Positions 37,980-52,145 of a stretch of DNA of 64,000 nt are shown here, piece by piece. Positions within the stretch are counted from its first letter, which is position 1. Every line of letters starts with the position of its first letter. Position numbers and translations under genes: made by a program. The notes beneath the pieces were generated by a model. That model was not told the DNA's origin. It ran no database searches and saw only the letters and a program-made list of their open reading frames with translations. The stretch comes from Proteromonas lacertae (lineage: Eukaryota): the NCBI GenBank assembly GCA_002245135.1, contig NGBS01000329.1, forward strand, positions 1 to 64,000. The letters run 5' to 3'.

Positions 37980-39796
37980 ATGAGTCAGTTGCGTAAGCTA
38001 CAGGGTATTTTTATCTCCATTTATTTTACATCTTAGCTGAGATTGATAAACTACTGAAGAAAATTGCAGAGGGTTTTGTAGTTTTTGAAGATATATGGGA
38101 TAAAGTATGCCCCGTCGCTCATTTTCTCTAGGTATATTCTTCTACAACACAAGCACAAAAAGAAAAGTACGAATCCGACCTAAAAAAGGAGATAAAGAAA
38201 CTACAGCGATTTAGGGAACAAGTGCGTAGTTACCTCTCAAATGATGACATCAAGGTAAAATTTAAATTTTAATAATCTATCTGTAGGATAAAAAGCAACT
38301 AGAGGAAGCTAAAGCAAAAATCGAGAGAAAGATGGAAGAATTCAAGAAGTGTGAGCAGGAGACAAAGACAAAAGCATACAGTAAACTAGGACTATCGCGA
38401 GACACTACAGATCCAGAAACAGTATTGATAAATTAAAGATTAAATTCATATTATCATAAATAGAAAGCCATTTTTGAAGCAACAGATTTTATTCGAGATT
38501 GTTTAAGTCAGTTACAAAAGCAGTTGGAAATTTATGACAGTGAAATTCAAACACAACAGAATAAAAAGAAAAAAGACTTTGAACAGATTGAAATGCTTGA
38601 AAATACAATCACAAATCATAAATTCCACATTAAAAAACTCGAACAGGTATTTATACTTAAAATAATTGTATTATAAATAGATGTTGAGATTAATTGAAAA
38701 TCGACAACTTGAACCAAGTGTAGTAGAGAAGATACGAGATGCTGTAGAGTATTACATTCAAGAAAATCAAACAGAAGACTTTACATTTGATGATGAGTGT
38801 TATGAAGGAATAGATTTAGATATTGTTCCAGTAGATATTCAGGTAGGTGGAAATGATGATGATTCAGCTTCAGTAAGTTCAGATTCCGTATCAGTATCAA
38901 CAGGTAAAACAAATCCAAGTATATTATTATTTCCATATATTTTTTCCGTTTTGTTTTAATAATTTTCATTTTATTTCTTATTGTTATGTATTATATTTGT
39001 ATAGACAATGTATCAAGATCACAGTCTGCCAAAGGAACTGAAAGTATAAAGCCTTCCACTTTACCACAATCAAATTCCACAAATAACAACAACACATCAT
39101 CACTTACAGCAACAAATTTAAAAACATTATCTTCTACAACTAATAATAATAATAAACATAATAATAATAATAATATTTCCCAACCAGCTCCTATTGTTCA
39201 ACCGACATTAGTGGATTATTCAAAGATTATTAGAAATGTTCCAAAAGAAATACCAAAATCAATTTCTGATATAAATAATGATAGAATAAAAGGATCAAAA
39301 TGTATATTTATTATTATTATATTATTATTATATATATATAGCTGCAATAATTAAAGATACTCCTTACACACCTGAACAATGCTTGAAAGGCTTGAATGCA
39401 GGATTTAAACATTACCCAACCCCTGAAGATTATCGAACTCCAATGCCATATAAACCACGTAATGCATATACACCCAAAATAGATGGATTATTATTCCAAC
39501 CTTTATTCTTAGAGAAGCAAATGAAGAATTTAGATATTAATACTTTATTAATTCCATTTTATTTTCAAAAACATACATATCAACAGTATTTAGCTGCAAA
39601 ACAGTTGAAACAGAATTCATGGAGGTTTCATAAGAAGTATCAGACTTGGTTTCAAAGACATGAAGAACCGCTTGTCACTAATGAAGAATATGAACAAGGC
39701 ACTTATGTATTTTTTGATTATGAGTCAAATTGGGAACCTCGAGTGAAAAGTAATTTTACATTTGAATATCAATATTTGGAAGATGAGTTAGTGTAG
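37980..39796 (+). CDS. CNOT3: CCR4-NOT subunit NOT3/NOT5
   Basis: Spliced N-terminus MSQLRKLQAEIDKLLKKIAEG...KEKYESDLKKEIKKLQRFR; NOT box QQYLAAKQLKQNSWRFHKKYQTWFQRHEEP. Confidence 0.95.
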
Positions 39797-39950
39797 TGAG
39801 AGTAGTTCATTTTTCTTACTTATGTAATAATGTTAATTCTACTCTTTCTATCTTGAAATTATTTCTCTTTTGTCTGCTTTGGTGAGAGATTAATATATAT
39901 ATATACAGAATAAAATAAAATTAGTATAAAAATGAATAGAAATAAAAAAA

Positions 39951-41744
39951 TTAAGGTTTATCTGTGGTTAATTTTCCATCAACATACCAGTATTCACCTG
40001 AAGATGCTACAAGTAAATCTGGAGTCTGTCCTTGACCATTATTATTAAATATAACTGAAGCAACACTCACATTTTCCATTTCAAAAGTCATCCATCCATC
40101 TTTCTCTACTAGAGGTAAACCAGGCCATGCAGGAGATTGTAATGGAGAATTATACCAGTAAACTGTAGTATATCCTTTACAATGCACTGTAATTGAGGTT
40201 GATGATGTGTTTTGTACTTCTGAAGGTTTTTCTTCAGCTGTCTCTGTTGGTTGTGATACTGAAGCTGATTCTTCTGCCTTTCGTTTTTCTTCTTCTTCAG
40301 CTGCCTTTCTCTTAGCTTCTTCTTCAGCTGCTTTTCGTTTTTCTTCTTCTTCAGCTGCCTTTCTCTTTTCTTCCTCTTCAGCTGCTTTTCGTTTTTCTTC
40401 CTCTTCAGCTGCTTTTCTCTTAGCTTCTTCTTCTTCTGCTTTTCTCTTAGCTTCCTCTTCAGCTGCTTTTCTAGTGGCTTCTTCTTCTGCTGCTTTTCTC
40501 TTTTCTTCTTCTTCTGCTGCTTTTCTAGTGGCTTCTTCTTCAGCTGCCTTTCTAGCGGCTTCTTCTGCTTTTCGTTTTTCTTCCTCTTCAGCTGCTTTTC
40601 TCTTAGCTTCTTCTTCAGCTGCCTTTCTCTTTTCTTCTTCTTCAGCTGCTTTTCTCTTTTCTTCTTCTTCTGCTGCTTTTCTCTTTTCTTCTTCTTCAGC
40701 TGCCTTTCTCTTAGCTTCTTCTTCAGCTGCCTTTCTCTTTTCTTCCTCTTCAGCTGCTTTTCTCTTTTCTTCTTCTTCAGCTGCTTTTCTCTTAGCTTCT
40801 TCTTCTTCTGCTTTTCTCTTTTCTTCTTCTTCAGCTGCTTTACGCTTCTCTTCTTCTTTACGTTTCTCCTCAGCCTTTCTCTTTTCTTCAGCTTTTCTAG
40901 CTTCCTCTTCAGCCTTTCGTTTCTCCTCTTCTTTACGTTTCTCTTCAGCTTTTCTTGCTTCTTCATTTTCATCAACCTTATTATTATTATTATCAACTAC
41001 AGTAGTATCTTTATTATTTTCATCTTTATTTATATTATGTGTATTTACTATAGGTGATGTAACTTTCTTTTCCTTTTCTTCTAATCTCTTCTGTTTTTGT
41101 AATTCTCGTTCTTTTTTCTCTTGTTCATATTTTATTCTTTTTTCTTCACGTTCTTTTCTCCTTGCTTCTCTTTCTTCTTTTGCTTTGATTGCCTCTATAC
41201 GACGCTTCTCTCTTTCTTCTTTTCTCTTACGATCTTCTTCCATTTTCTGTTTTCTGGCTTCTTCTTCTTCTTTTGCCTTTTTAATAGCCTTTTCACGGAG
41301 TATTCTTTCTTGTTCACGTTGTCTTTGTAGTTTTACTTTCTTAACTAAATCTTTTTCTCTTTTGTCTTCAGCTTCGAGTTTTTTATATTCTTGAATAAAT
41401 TCTTTTTCTTCCTTTTTAAGAACCTTATCTTTTTCTTTTAGATCTTTCACTCTTTCCATTAATTGACTCAATTCTGCATTTCGTCTTTGTGTAATTTTAT
41501 CTAGTTCCTCTGGTGGAGTTTTCTGTTTAGGTTTTTTGTTATTTTCATTTGCTATTATTACAATTAACAAAAATTATACTAGAGTCATATAAATCCACCA
41601 ATTTATCTACACTTCCGCTTGTACTATATTTCCATAATAAATAAGAACCAGCGGCAGCTGCTGCTCCAGCAATAACGATAGGTAAGGAATCTATTAAGAA
41701 TAATTTGATAAAAATGCTCCAATACCTGAAAAAATTGAACTCAT
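39951..41744 (-). CDS. N-terminally anchored E/K/R-rich helical stalk protein with C-terminal CBM26-like starch-binding module, 2 introns
   Basis: Spliced N-terminus LPIVIAGAAAAGSYLLWKY; KRKAAEEEE repeats; C-terminus VYWY...AWPGLPL...GWMTF...VIFNNNGQGQTPDL. Confidence 0.8.
40270..40965 (-). repeat. Coding minisatellite, ~27-bp unit (KRKAAEEEE/A), about 25 copies
   Basis: Visible in both the DNA and the translation. Confidence 0.9.
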
Positions 41745-41934
41745 ATCTGAATGTCTATTACTTAACAAAACTACTAGAGAGATAAAGAGAAGTAAGAGTT
41801 TTAAGAAAAAATTCTATCAACTATACAGCTCAACTATTTGATTATTATAACTTTTTAAAAATTCTTAAACATGATGAGTCATCGAGCCAAGTTAAATTGG
41901 ATTTGAACTTTGTTTTCTTAGCTTAATTCATTTT

Positions 41935-43728
41935 ATGTCAGGTATGAATAAGGATATGTTATGTTGTCGTAGATAAGAAATCAAAGCACCATCATAGAAA
42001 AGGCTCAACTGAAGAAGCTGACTCTTATTTCACAAAAAAGGCAGAGAAATATAGAGAAAAGCATGATGCATTAAAAGCTGCTTTAACTAAACTTATGGAT
42101 AAATATGGTATATTTAAAATTATTGTTGCTTAGACAGTCCAGATTTACCAGCAATTAAAAAACAATTACACATGATATCAAAATCTCTAAAGGTATCTCT
42201 AACAATTCATGCAATATAGGCTATTGAAAATGATGAAGTTGAAGGAGATCCAGAAGATAGTATTAAACAGTATAATTAATTATAAAATACATCTTATTAT
42301 TTATATTCTATACAGTATATCATCAGATCTTCGTAAAATCAGTAAGAAAATTGATCAATTAACTGAAGAATTATCCAAACCACCTCCAGAACCAGAAAAA
42401 AGTGAAAGTAGTGAAGAAGAAGACGATGAAGAGGAGGATGATGAAGAAGAAGAAGAAGAAGAAGAAAAACCAAAGAAATCCATTAAAAACAAACACAAGA
42501 AAAGATCAATAGAAGAAGATAATACATGGGGAAGAACTGTATCTGGTGATCCAGAAAATCCCACCGAAAATATATGGGTAAAAAACCGTTTAAATATAAT
42601 GAATTTAATAGAGACAAATAGAGAAGGTAAAAGAGAAGATGATACTTTGACAATTCCACCACAAGTATTGACGAATTATCCAGTGAATATGAAGAAGAAT
42701 CAAATATGTGCATGGTTATGGAACTCACAGAAACAAGTATTTATTATATATATATAATTTTTATTCCTTTTTTTTTACATTTATCTTATTTATTATATAT
42801 AGAGTTTCTTATCGTTTCATCTCTATTTCTTCTACCAAGATAAAGATGATAATGTACATAATGATGATGTAATGAGATATAATCGTCTAATATGGACAAG
42901 ATACGGTATGTTTAAAGCACCTTGTAATGGTCAATTAATATTCATGTGGGATAATAAACTAAGCTTTAAAAAAGAGAAGGTTATTGATATTTATACATTA
43001 ATATTTAAATCTGATGAAGGTGAAGAATATTATAATGAATATTTACAGAGAGAAGAGAAGAAGAAGAAGGAATTACAGAAACATTTATCACCATTTGAAG
43101 TTGAAGTATATATTTATAATCTTTTTTCTCTTTTTCCTTCTTCATTATATTATTATTATTATATATTAGGGTGGTATATTATATTGTGATGTATGTTGTT
43201 GTGAGCCAACTGATGAAGGCACTTCCTATACAATTCACTGTGAATGGACTGGAAAAATAGAAGGACATTGTGAATGGTATATAACTTCAACATATGATCA
43301 ATATCAAGAATTAGAAATTGATTTATTTGATCATTATGCTAAGAAATGTGCGAAATTACCTGACTTTCCTGCTTCTGTGTTAATTCCTACGAATGATACT
43401 CATATCTCTAGAAAACATACTTTTAATGAATGGCTTCAAGGTGTTATGTCTATTCCTAAATTAGCTGGTTCTTATGAAGTTAATTATTTATTGAGTTATA
43501 AAGAACATATTAGATTAGCACAAAATATCATTTTTTTTATTCTTCTTTTCATTTCAGTAGTTTCTCTTAATTTGAGTGTGTTTTGTAAGAAAGATTTGTG
43601 ATAATAATGATCGTTTGAAAGAAGTAGAAAGTAGGTCTAAAACTTTGATTGAAGATCCTGCTACTCCAAAAATTGTGCCTGAAGCACCACCTGATGCTGA
43701 AGACCCTTTGTCCTATTTACTTGATTAA
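41935..43728 (+). CDS. GOLD-domain + PX-domain protein, multi-exon
   Basis: GOLD-like GMFKAPCNGQLIFMWDNKLS; spliced PX-like YTIHCEW...LPDFP...RKHTFNEWLQGV...YEVNYLL. The last exon needs an unusual intron. Confidence 0.7.
43525..43576 (+). other. Candidate U12-type-like AT-AG intron (52 nt)
   Basis: 5' ATATCATTTT, branch-like TCTCTTAAT, 3' GAG. Removal joins the PX exon in frame to the terminal exon ending at 43728. Confidence 0.45.
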
Positions 43729-43918
43729 TAGCTACTCTTTTAACAAATATAACATATTTTATATTTCTTTTTGTTTTTTATTTTCATCTGTTAAATAGCT
43801 TATCATATAGGTAATAATTATACACTCAGTTGCATATTTGTCATATGTAAAATCTGTTTATTTGTGTGAAAATTTGTCAAGCCTAAATCAAGCCAGAATT
43901 ATTTCATTTTAACATATT

Positions 43919-46900
43919 ATGTCAACTAAAGAAAATATTTATACACTCCCTGATGCAGATGAAGTGCTATACGAAATAGGTGAAGGTGGATATGGTAAAG
44001 TGTTGTTAGTTAAACATGAAGGCCAAATTCTTGCTAGAAAAGAAGTTCAATATAATGGTAAAGATGATAGTAAAGTAGACAATACCATAAATGAAATAGA
44101 TTTATTGAAAGGATTGAAACATCGAAATGTAATAACTTTGATAGATTATTATATCGATACAGATAAAAATATGATTTTTATTTATACAAAATACTACGAA
44201 AAGGGTGATTTATGGGATAAAATTAATGAAAAGAAAAGTAATAAAGAAGATTTCTCATTAGATGTATATTTCTTTCTTAATATATAATGTATAGGATATG
44301 ACCAGTTATATGAAAGATTTAGTTAATGGACTCAAGCATGTTCATTTCAATAACACACTTCATCGAGATTTAAAACCAGGAAATATATTGATTGGAGATG
44401 ATAATGAATTAATAATCAGTGATTTTGGATTTGGTTTAAAAAGTGGATTAATTGATATTTTTTTAACTGGGACTCGTAATTATATAGCTCCTGAATTATG
44501 GCAAGCAAAACCTCCTCCATATTCAGAAGAAAGTGATATATTTTCATTGGGTTGTATTTTATATGAACTATACACATTAAACATAGCATTTGGAGGATCA
44601 AAATCTGAAGAAGTGACAGAAAAAATAATTAATACAACTGATTTAAGTTTTGAAAGAATACATGATGATAGAATACCGTTGGTTGAAGAATTAATAATAA
44701 GAATGTTAGATAAAGATCCAATCAAAAGAATGAAACTGAATGAAATAGAAGAAAGAATCAATCACTTATCACAATATTCTCAATCATTATCACAGCAAAT
44801 ACCTCAACAACTACATCTTTCTCCTCCTCATCATTATCATCATCATATTGCAAATCAGAATAATTCATCAATGGTTAGTAGTTTAGCAAGTGATAGTGAT
44901 TATGATTCTCTCATTTTGAATTTCTATTTATATGATGGTTGTATAGAAGGAAGATCATTGAAAGAAATAAGTGAAATGAATGAAGAAGAATTCAATTCAT
45001 ATTGGAATGATGATTTCATACCTGTATATATACAACATCTATTTCTTTTAATAGATATTATTTCCATCAATCAATCAAGATAATCCACCTTTTTCATTTA
45101 AAGATTCCAAAGTGTTAAAATACAATAAAGAGAAATATTTACCTGCTTTAATTAAATTATTTGATTTATTGATGAAGAGAAATGATAAAATGAAAGAGTC
45201 TAATTTGTTCATTATAGAATTATATAAACTACTAAATAATAGTATGAATAATGAAATGTTGATGAATTCTTATGTAAATGACATATTATACTCAATATTA
45301 CCATCTGATATTAAAGTATTTTATTATTTGTTAATTTATTTATTCTAGATAAAAGAGAAGATAGAAAAGAGTAGTAGTGAAATGGATTTGGTTATACAAC
45401 AGAATAATGATGTTAAAATGATGAAAATCTTTAATGTTTCTGGTATTAAAGAAAAGAAATTATTAAAATTTTGTGAGAATATATCGTTATTAGAATCCTA
45501 TTCATCATTTATCTATCCATCAAAATATTCACAGTTAATAGTGATAGTGAGTATGTAATAATATCACGAGATTATTATGTTAGAGATTTAGAGGAGATAA
45601 TTCAAAGCGAATGTTTATCAAGTGATGATATATGTAATGTAGTAAGTAGCGTATGTGATATTATAATGGTTATGAATGAAAATGATTTAACAATTGGTAA
45701 TTTGAAAAGTAGCAACATTACAGCTGATGAAAATAGAACTATAAGATTATGTGATTTATTCATAAACACCATAAGAACAGAAGATGATATGAGAATATAC
45801 GATCTAAGTTTTAAAAGTCCTGAAGAGATAAATGGGTTAGAATGTGATGAAAGAAGTGTGATTTGGTCGATTGGATGTATATTGTATGAAATGATTTGCA
45901 AGAAATTACCATTTAATGAAGATAATAACAGTAATAAAACAATGAATAATATACTGAGATGTAAATACAGTTTAGATGTTGAATGTGATGATGAAATGAA
46001 AGAAATGATTAAAAGAATATTGAAAGTGAGAAGTGAAGATAGATTGAGTTTGAAAGAGTTGAAAAAAGAAATGGTTAAAGTGAATGAGATATTAAAGTAT
46101 TATGATAATAATTTAATGATATGTAATGAAAGAAAAGAAATATTGCATAACAATGATTTTGTAATTCAAATAACTCCATTTGATAGTCAAGTGAAATTTT
46201 ATCTTGAGAATAATAAATGGGAAGAGATTAGAGATAATTTGATAGAATTATACAATAGTAAACCGAATGAAAGAGTATTGGCAATATTATTTATGATGAA
46301 ATTACACAAAAAAGATAAACTAATAAAAGATAAACTGAAATTTCAAATACATCATGAACATAAAGAAGGTAAAGAATGTAATTTGGATGAAATAACATTT
46401 AATATTGATGAAGATTACATTGATAAAGAAACAATCGAAATATATTCTAATTATATTTGTTTATGTGAAGAAGGAATGGAATATTTCTTCAGAATAATGA
46501 AACTAATCAATCCAACAAAACTCAAATTTTGTATTTTCTTAAATATAATTATTAATTATTAATAGTATTCATATATATTCAAGTGGAATATCAATCACTA
46601 TTTGGATCATATTTATCTCAATTTTCCAATCTTCAAGAATTGGATTTGTATAAAAGTAATCTCAATTTTCATTTTGTTGAATCGTTTGTTAGATTAATTC
46701 CATTAATGAAAATGAAATATATTAATTTTCAATGTATTTTCTATCATATTTATATTTTTATGTTGATATAGATAATCCAATTGGTCTAAAAGGATTTAGA
46801 TTATTACTTCCTTATTTGAATTTATTAATCAACAGAGATAATGAATTAATTCTTTATGAAATGAGATTAAACGATGAATCAATGATATTATTATCAGAAG

Positions 46901-48621
46901 AATTGTATAAATACCCTCACCTCTCCAAGATATATATTAGAAGCAATAATAATATTCATTCAGCTGGATTAAAAGCCTTATTCTCCAAATTTCCTATATC
47001 AAAAGTAGAATTTGATATTAATAAAAGTAAAGATTTATTGATGGATAAAGACATTCCAGAATTAATCAAATATATTCAACTTTATGAAGGTAATTTACAT
47101 TTGAATAATTGTGAGATTGATGATGATATTTTCAAATCATTCATTTCATTAAGATCAAATGAATTCAGAGAAATACAACAATTAGATTTAAGTAGTATAA
47201 TTTGATATTTTTCTATTTATTAGATAATAAACTGACATCTAAAAGTGTGGAAATACTGATTAACAATTTATCTTCATTTGAAAATCTTAAACATCTTGAA
47301 TTATGTGGAAATATTATAGAAGATGAAGGAATGAAATTATTATCTCCTCATTTACAATGGTTGAATATATATGATAAATCATATGATATATTTAAAGTGA
47401 ATTGTTCAAGTATGATTATTTTGATTATACTTTATTTAATAGAGATGGGATTATCTTCATTAGGATTAGAGTATTTAGTTGATGGTTTAAAGAATATTCA
47501 TGAAAAGATCAAGCTTAATATAAGTGATAATAATATAGATTCAGAAGGAATAGAATACTTGATTAATTTCATAAAACAAGATGGTAATATTTATCAGTTT
47601 TACATTTCTAGTATATTTATGTTTCATATTTTCAATAGATAATCCGATTGGAAATTCAGGATTTAAATTATTACTAAACAATTTAGATTTGATATATGAT
47701 TATATTTGTAATAATATAGAAATGAGTAATACATCAATAGATGATGAAAGTGTAATATTATTATCAAATAATCTTGATTCAGTTGGAATTTGCGATGAAG
47801 TTAATTTAACAGAAAATAATATCAGAATGAATGGATTAAAAGCAGTATGTTCAAAATCATTAGAAAAGGAAGAATATCCATTTATAAAAATTAAAAAAAA
47901 TTCTTCTTGGACAAATGAAGAATTCGAGTATTATTTCAATTATTGTGTTGAAAAACAAAGAGAAAGATGTTTTAATGAATATGATTGTTCAAGTATAAAA
48001 TCTATATTTCTGTTGTTATAGATATGAATATTAATGATTCTCATATTTCATTAATAAAACATATTGATTATAAAGAAGTTGATTTATCCAATACTAAAAT
48101 AAGTTGGAAAGGATTAAAAGAATTGACTTATCATTATTCTCATAATTTAAAACTTATATCAATATTCAATAATCCAATTGGAGATGAAGGAGTGGAGATA
48201 ATATGTAAAGATTTAGATATATTTGTTGATAGAGAAGAAATATATAAATACTGTTTCTCATTTACATTAAATCTAAAAAGTATATTATGAATATTTCTTA
48301 AATTTACTATTTTGAATAGATATTGGAATGAGCGAAAAGGGATTTAAAATGCTTAATGAAAGATTGAAAGTTTATTATCCATTAAGAGAGATAAATTTAT
48401 CAGGGAATGAATTGAATGAAAGTGAATTGAGGTTAATGGTTGAAAACAAAGAAGTATTTGATAGTTTAGATGAATTATCAATAACAGTAAAAGAGGGTAT
48501 AGATAGAGATGAATTAGAATCATTCTTAGACACATTTCAATCCATTGAAGAAATAAAATTAGATGGAATATCAGAAGAAGAAAAGAGAAAAATATCAAAA
48601 GAATATTTCAACATTGTTTAA
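43919..48621 (+). CDS. Ser/Thr kinase (NEK-like) + pseudokinase + RNI-like LRR protein, many introns, one apparent frameshift near 45520
   Basis: First domain has GEGGYG, ARK, HRDLKPGN, DFG and APE. Second domain has GNLKSSNI and DLF. LRRs of the NPIGxxG type follow. Confidence 0.85.
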
Positions 48622-48723
48622 ATCATCTTATTATGTTTATTACTGTCATTATCATTCATATAATGTGTATTTTAACTATTATTTAAAAAAATAAGTTAAT
48701 AATAAAAATCATTATAAATGTGA

Positions 48724-50130
48724 TTAATTTTTTTTCTTAATACCAGTTCCTAATAAATGAACACTTTTTAAATAATTACCTTTCTTTAACACTTTGCCAC
48801 TTTTACATATTTTTACCTTTATATTATTATTATTATTATTACAACAATGTATAACACATTCTCTATGATATTTATTCTTCAACATTCCATAACCAGTTAA
48901 TTTCACTCCTTTTATCTTATTCACTTTATTCTTTCTGATTATTTCATTTTCATCTTGACACTTTAACACATTAAATGATTCATTTAAACTATCATTATTA
49001 TTATTATCATTTTCATTATTTTCATTATTATAATGTTTTATTACTTTTGTTTTATATTTTTTATTTACTCTTTTAACCCTTTTCTGACTTTTTGTTTTAT
49101 TATTATTATTATTATTATTGTATTTATATGGATTAATCAGATATCTTGATGGTTTTTTAGTTTTTACCTTCATATCACTTATATCAACATTTTCTACATA
49201 TCCATTATCTTTATCAGTTTGTGTTCCTATTTCACTATTATCAATATAACATGTTTCCTGTATTTCTTCTTTTACTTGAATTGAAGATGAGGAAGATGAT
49301 GAATTGATATGAGTATTATTATTGTCTTTATTTGTAGGCTTGATTTGGGCTTGAGGTATTGGTGGATTTGTATTGATAATTGGTTCAATATTGTCACTTA
49401 TAATATTATTATTATCGTCATTTGAACTACTTCTTTTTATTTCATTTTCAGTATTTGATTCATTTTTATTTAAGCTATTATTATTGCTACTTTGTTTATT
49501 GTTTTCTTTACTGTTGATATTATTGTTGATATTATTTAAAGAATCTCTTTTTGATGGTGGTAATGGTGGTGGAGGTATTGTACCTCTATCTTCCTCTGTA
49601 TCATTTAAAAATTCGTCCAAAATTCTATGGCTTTTAGTATTATTCTTTGGTTTATTGGTTTTTCTGTTGTGATTTGGAATCTTTGTAGTATATCGCATAA
49701 GTCTTTTATTTCTTTTGTTTTCTGTATTGTTGTCATTAGTTTCATCATATTGTGGATAATATGTTGTGTATGTCTTGTCAGTTTTCATTTCACCTTGCAT
49801 TTCTGCTATTTGCGCTATTACCCTTCTATATTGTGTCATTATATCTTGATAATAATTATGATAATCTTGTCTTAAGTCTTTTTGCTTTTTACAGAAACTA
49901 CCGTAATTTTCAAGTGAATAAAGTAGTTTATCTTCTTCTTTTCTATTAAAATAATACTACTAATAATACCTGTTATATTCAGTTAATTTTCTGATGGGAG
50001 CTTCATCCCAATATAAAAACTCTGGTTTTTCAGCTAAAATTTCATAGTAATGATAATCTGGTCCTGGTACTTCATCCACATCTTCAACACTACTTTCCTC
50101 ACTTACACTATTTTCTGAATTATCACTCAT
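48724..50130 (-). CDS. Hypothetical Asn-rich low-complexity protein, 1 intron
   Basis: ATG at 50130. One GT-AG intron joins it to ORF 48724-49839. Confidence 0.6.
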
Positions 50131-50437
50131 TTTGATTTTTAAAATTTGAATTTTGAAAAAGCTTGATTTGAACATTCATTTCTTTATTGTCATTTTTCTC
50201 ATTTTATAATTATTGAATTGAAATAAAAACAGTTGAATATTATACAATATGATTATAATAGTTAAATTTGAAATTTAAATTGAATTATGAATTTTGTTAT
50301 TCTTTGTTTTGTCCTTTTAAAATCATAAATTTATAATATTACCCTTTATAAAATGTTTTATAATATTATCTTAACAATAAATATTCTACTTAAAGAAATA
50401 ATTTGAATAACGTTTCAGAAACGGATAAAAAATTAAA

Positions 50438-52016
50438 ATGAAAGAAGGGCATATTGAAGGAGGCTTCAATAAAATAGCAACACCAGGAGATGTATCGTTA
50501 ATGTGTTTAATGAATCCATCTTCTGCTTGCCAAAGAATCACTGGTATAGAATTTTATTGTTATTAGACTTAGGTCCTACTCCTTTATTATGTCTGTATTA
50601 TAAAGATACTATGAAAGGTCAGAATTGCATTGTATATATTTATTTTATTTGGATGTAGGGTATTTCTGCCTTATATAGACAAGAAGCAAAAGATGATGAT
50701 TTAGACAATTTAGCTTTACAAGAAGTATTCCATATTGATTTAGGAGAGCACGATGAAGTTAGTCATATGAGTATTTCCAATGATGGTGATTTCTTATCAC
50801 TTTCTATATCAGATGCATGTTTAGTATTGCATTTGCAATTCGTTAATGATACTTTTTCGTATAAATTATATATAATTCATAATGATTTAATACTTTTAGT
50901 GTTGAAAATGCCTTAGAGTTAATAACAGACCATTCTCCACTAAATCCAAAGCAAAATTTCAGTTATTTCTCTCCCAATGATGATGTATTAGCAATAGGAG
51001 GAAAAGACGGGAAATTATCATTATATTTTATAAGTCATTATAACCAAACCAATAACAATATTCCAACCCCTGTTGAGACGGAGGAAGATAAAAAGAAAAA
51101 GAAAACATTACTTTTAGAAGCAGATCCTAATGCAATGTATATATATATATATTAATTTTATTTTAATTATTAGCTTGACTGTAACAAGGCATGAAACATT
51201 TGCTGTTTGTGATAATGAATTAATTGGACTATCATTTCATCCTACTTTACCGTTATTATGTATATTGGATGAAAATAATATTATTACAATATTCAATTAT
51301 TTAACGTATGGTTTATATATTTATATATTTATTTTAATGTTAGATTTAAACGAATCAATTTTTTAAAACTACCAAAATATCCTCAATTCAATAGCTATTC
51401 ATTATCATCAATTAATTTCATGTCTGGTTATGAGTTAGTAGTTGTTTCAACATCAATTGAACCACTTAAACCAAAGAGTAGTTATGTAATAAAAGTATAA
51501 TAATCTATATATATTATAAAAATAGTATGATTTAGATATTGATGATGATTATGTCAATGTAATTTCTATTTTATCAAAAGAATCACAAATTGGAAGAATT
51601 ACTGGTTGTATTACAGAGTATAAATATATATATTTAAATAATTATAATAGTAATAATAATGATACAAGATTTATTGGATTATGTGGAGATTCAGGTAAAG
51701 TAGCCGTTTTAGATAGACATTTATTACAAAATACATTGGTATATTGTAGTTTTATTAATTATATGAATAGAGATCTAATTATTTCACTTCTAATGAAGTT
51801 GCTATCAATGGTGTATTATATCCTGATAGTAAGAATAGTAATTACAGTAAGTTAAGTGAAAATGGTTGTTTCATCGCTGCTTCAACCAAATCAATTGGTG
51901 TTATTCCATATAGAAAAGAAGAAAGTGATAGTTGGATTTTATATGTGACTGTTAGTTTTGCTTCATTGGTGTTCTTAGGAGCACTTGTAGCTTTTTTTAT
52001 AGTTTTCATTGATTAG
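50438..52016 (+). CDS. SEC12/PREB-like WD40 protein with C-terminal TM helix, multi-exon
   Basis: Spliced ITDHSPLNPKQNFSYFSPNDDVLAIGGKDG resembles the Sec12/PREB blade; C-terminus WILYVTVSFASLVFLGALVAFFIVFID. Confidence 0.6.
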
Positions 52017-52145
52017 ATTTTCACTAATATTAAAGAGAATTTACATTTACTTGTTTTTATAACAATTATAATGGTTTTTATTCATGTTTTTTTTTTTAAG
52101 AAAAAAGAAATAAAAAATAATCACAAACAAATATTTCTTACATAT

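Noticed and set aside
40270..40965. Regular ~27-bp repeats resembling a CRISPR array
   Set aside because: The units are tandem with no unique spacers, they are coding, and the context is eukaryotic with no cas genes.
40109..41394. Long ORFs 40207-41394 (+, 395 aa) and 40109-40996 (-, 295 aa)
   Set aside because: These are shadow frames of the stop-free KAAEEE minisatellite.
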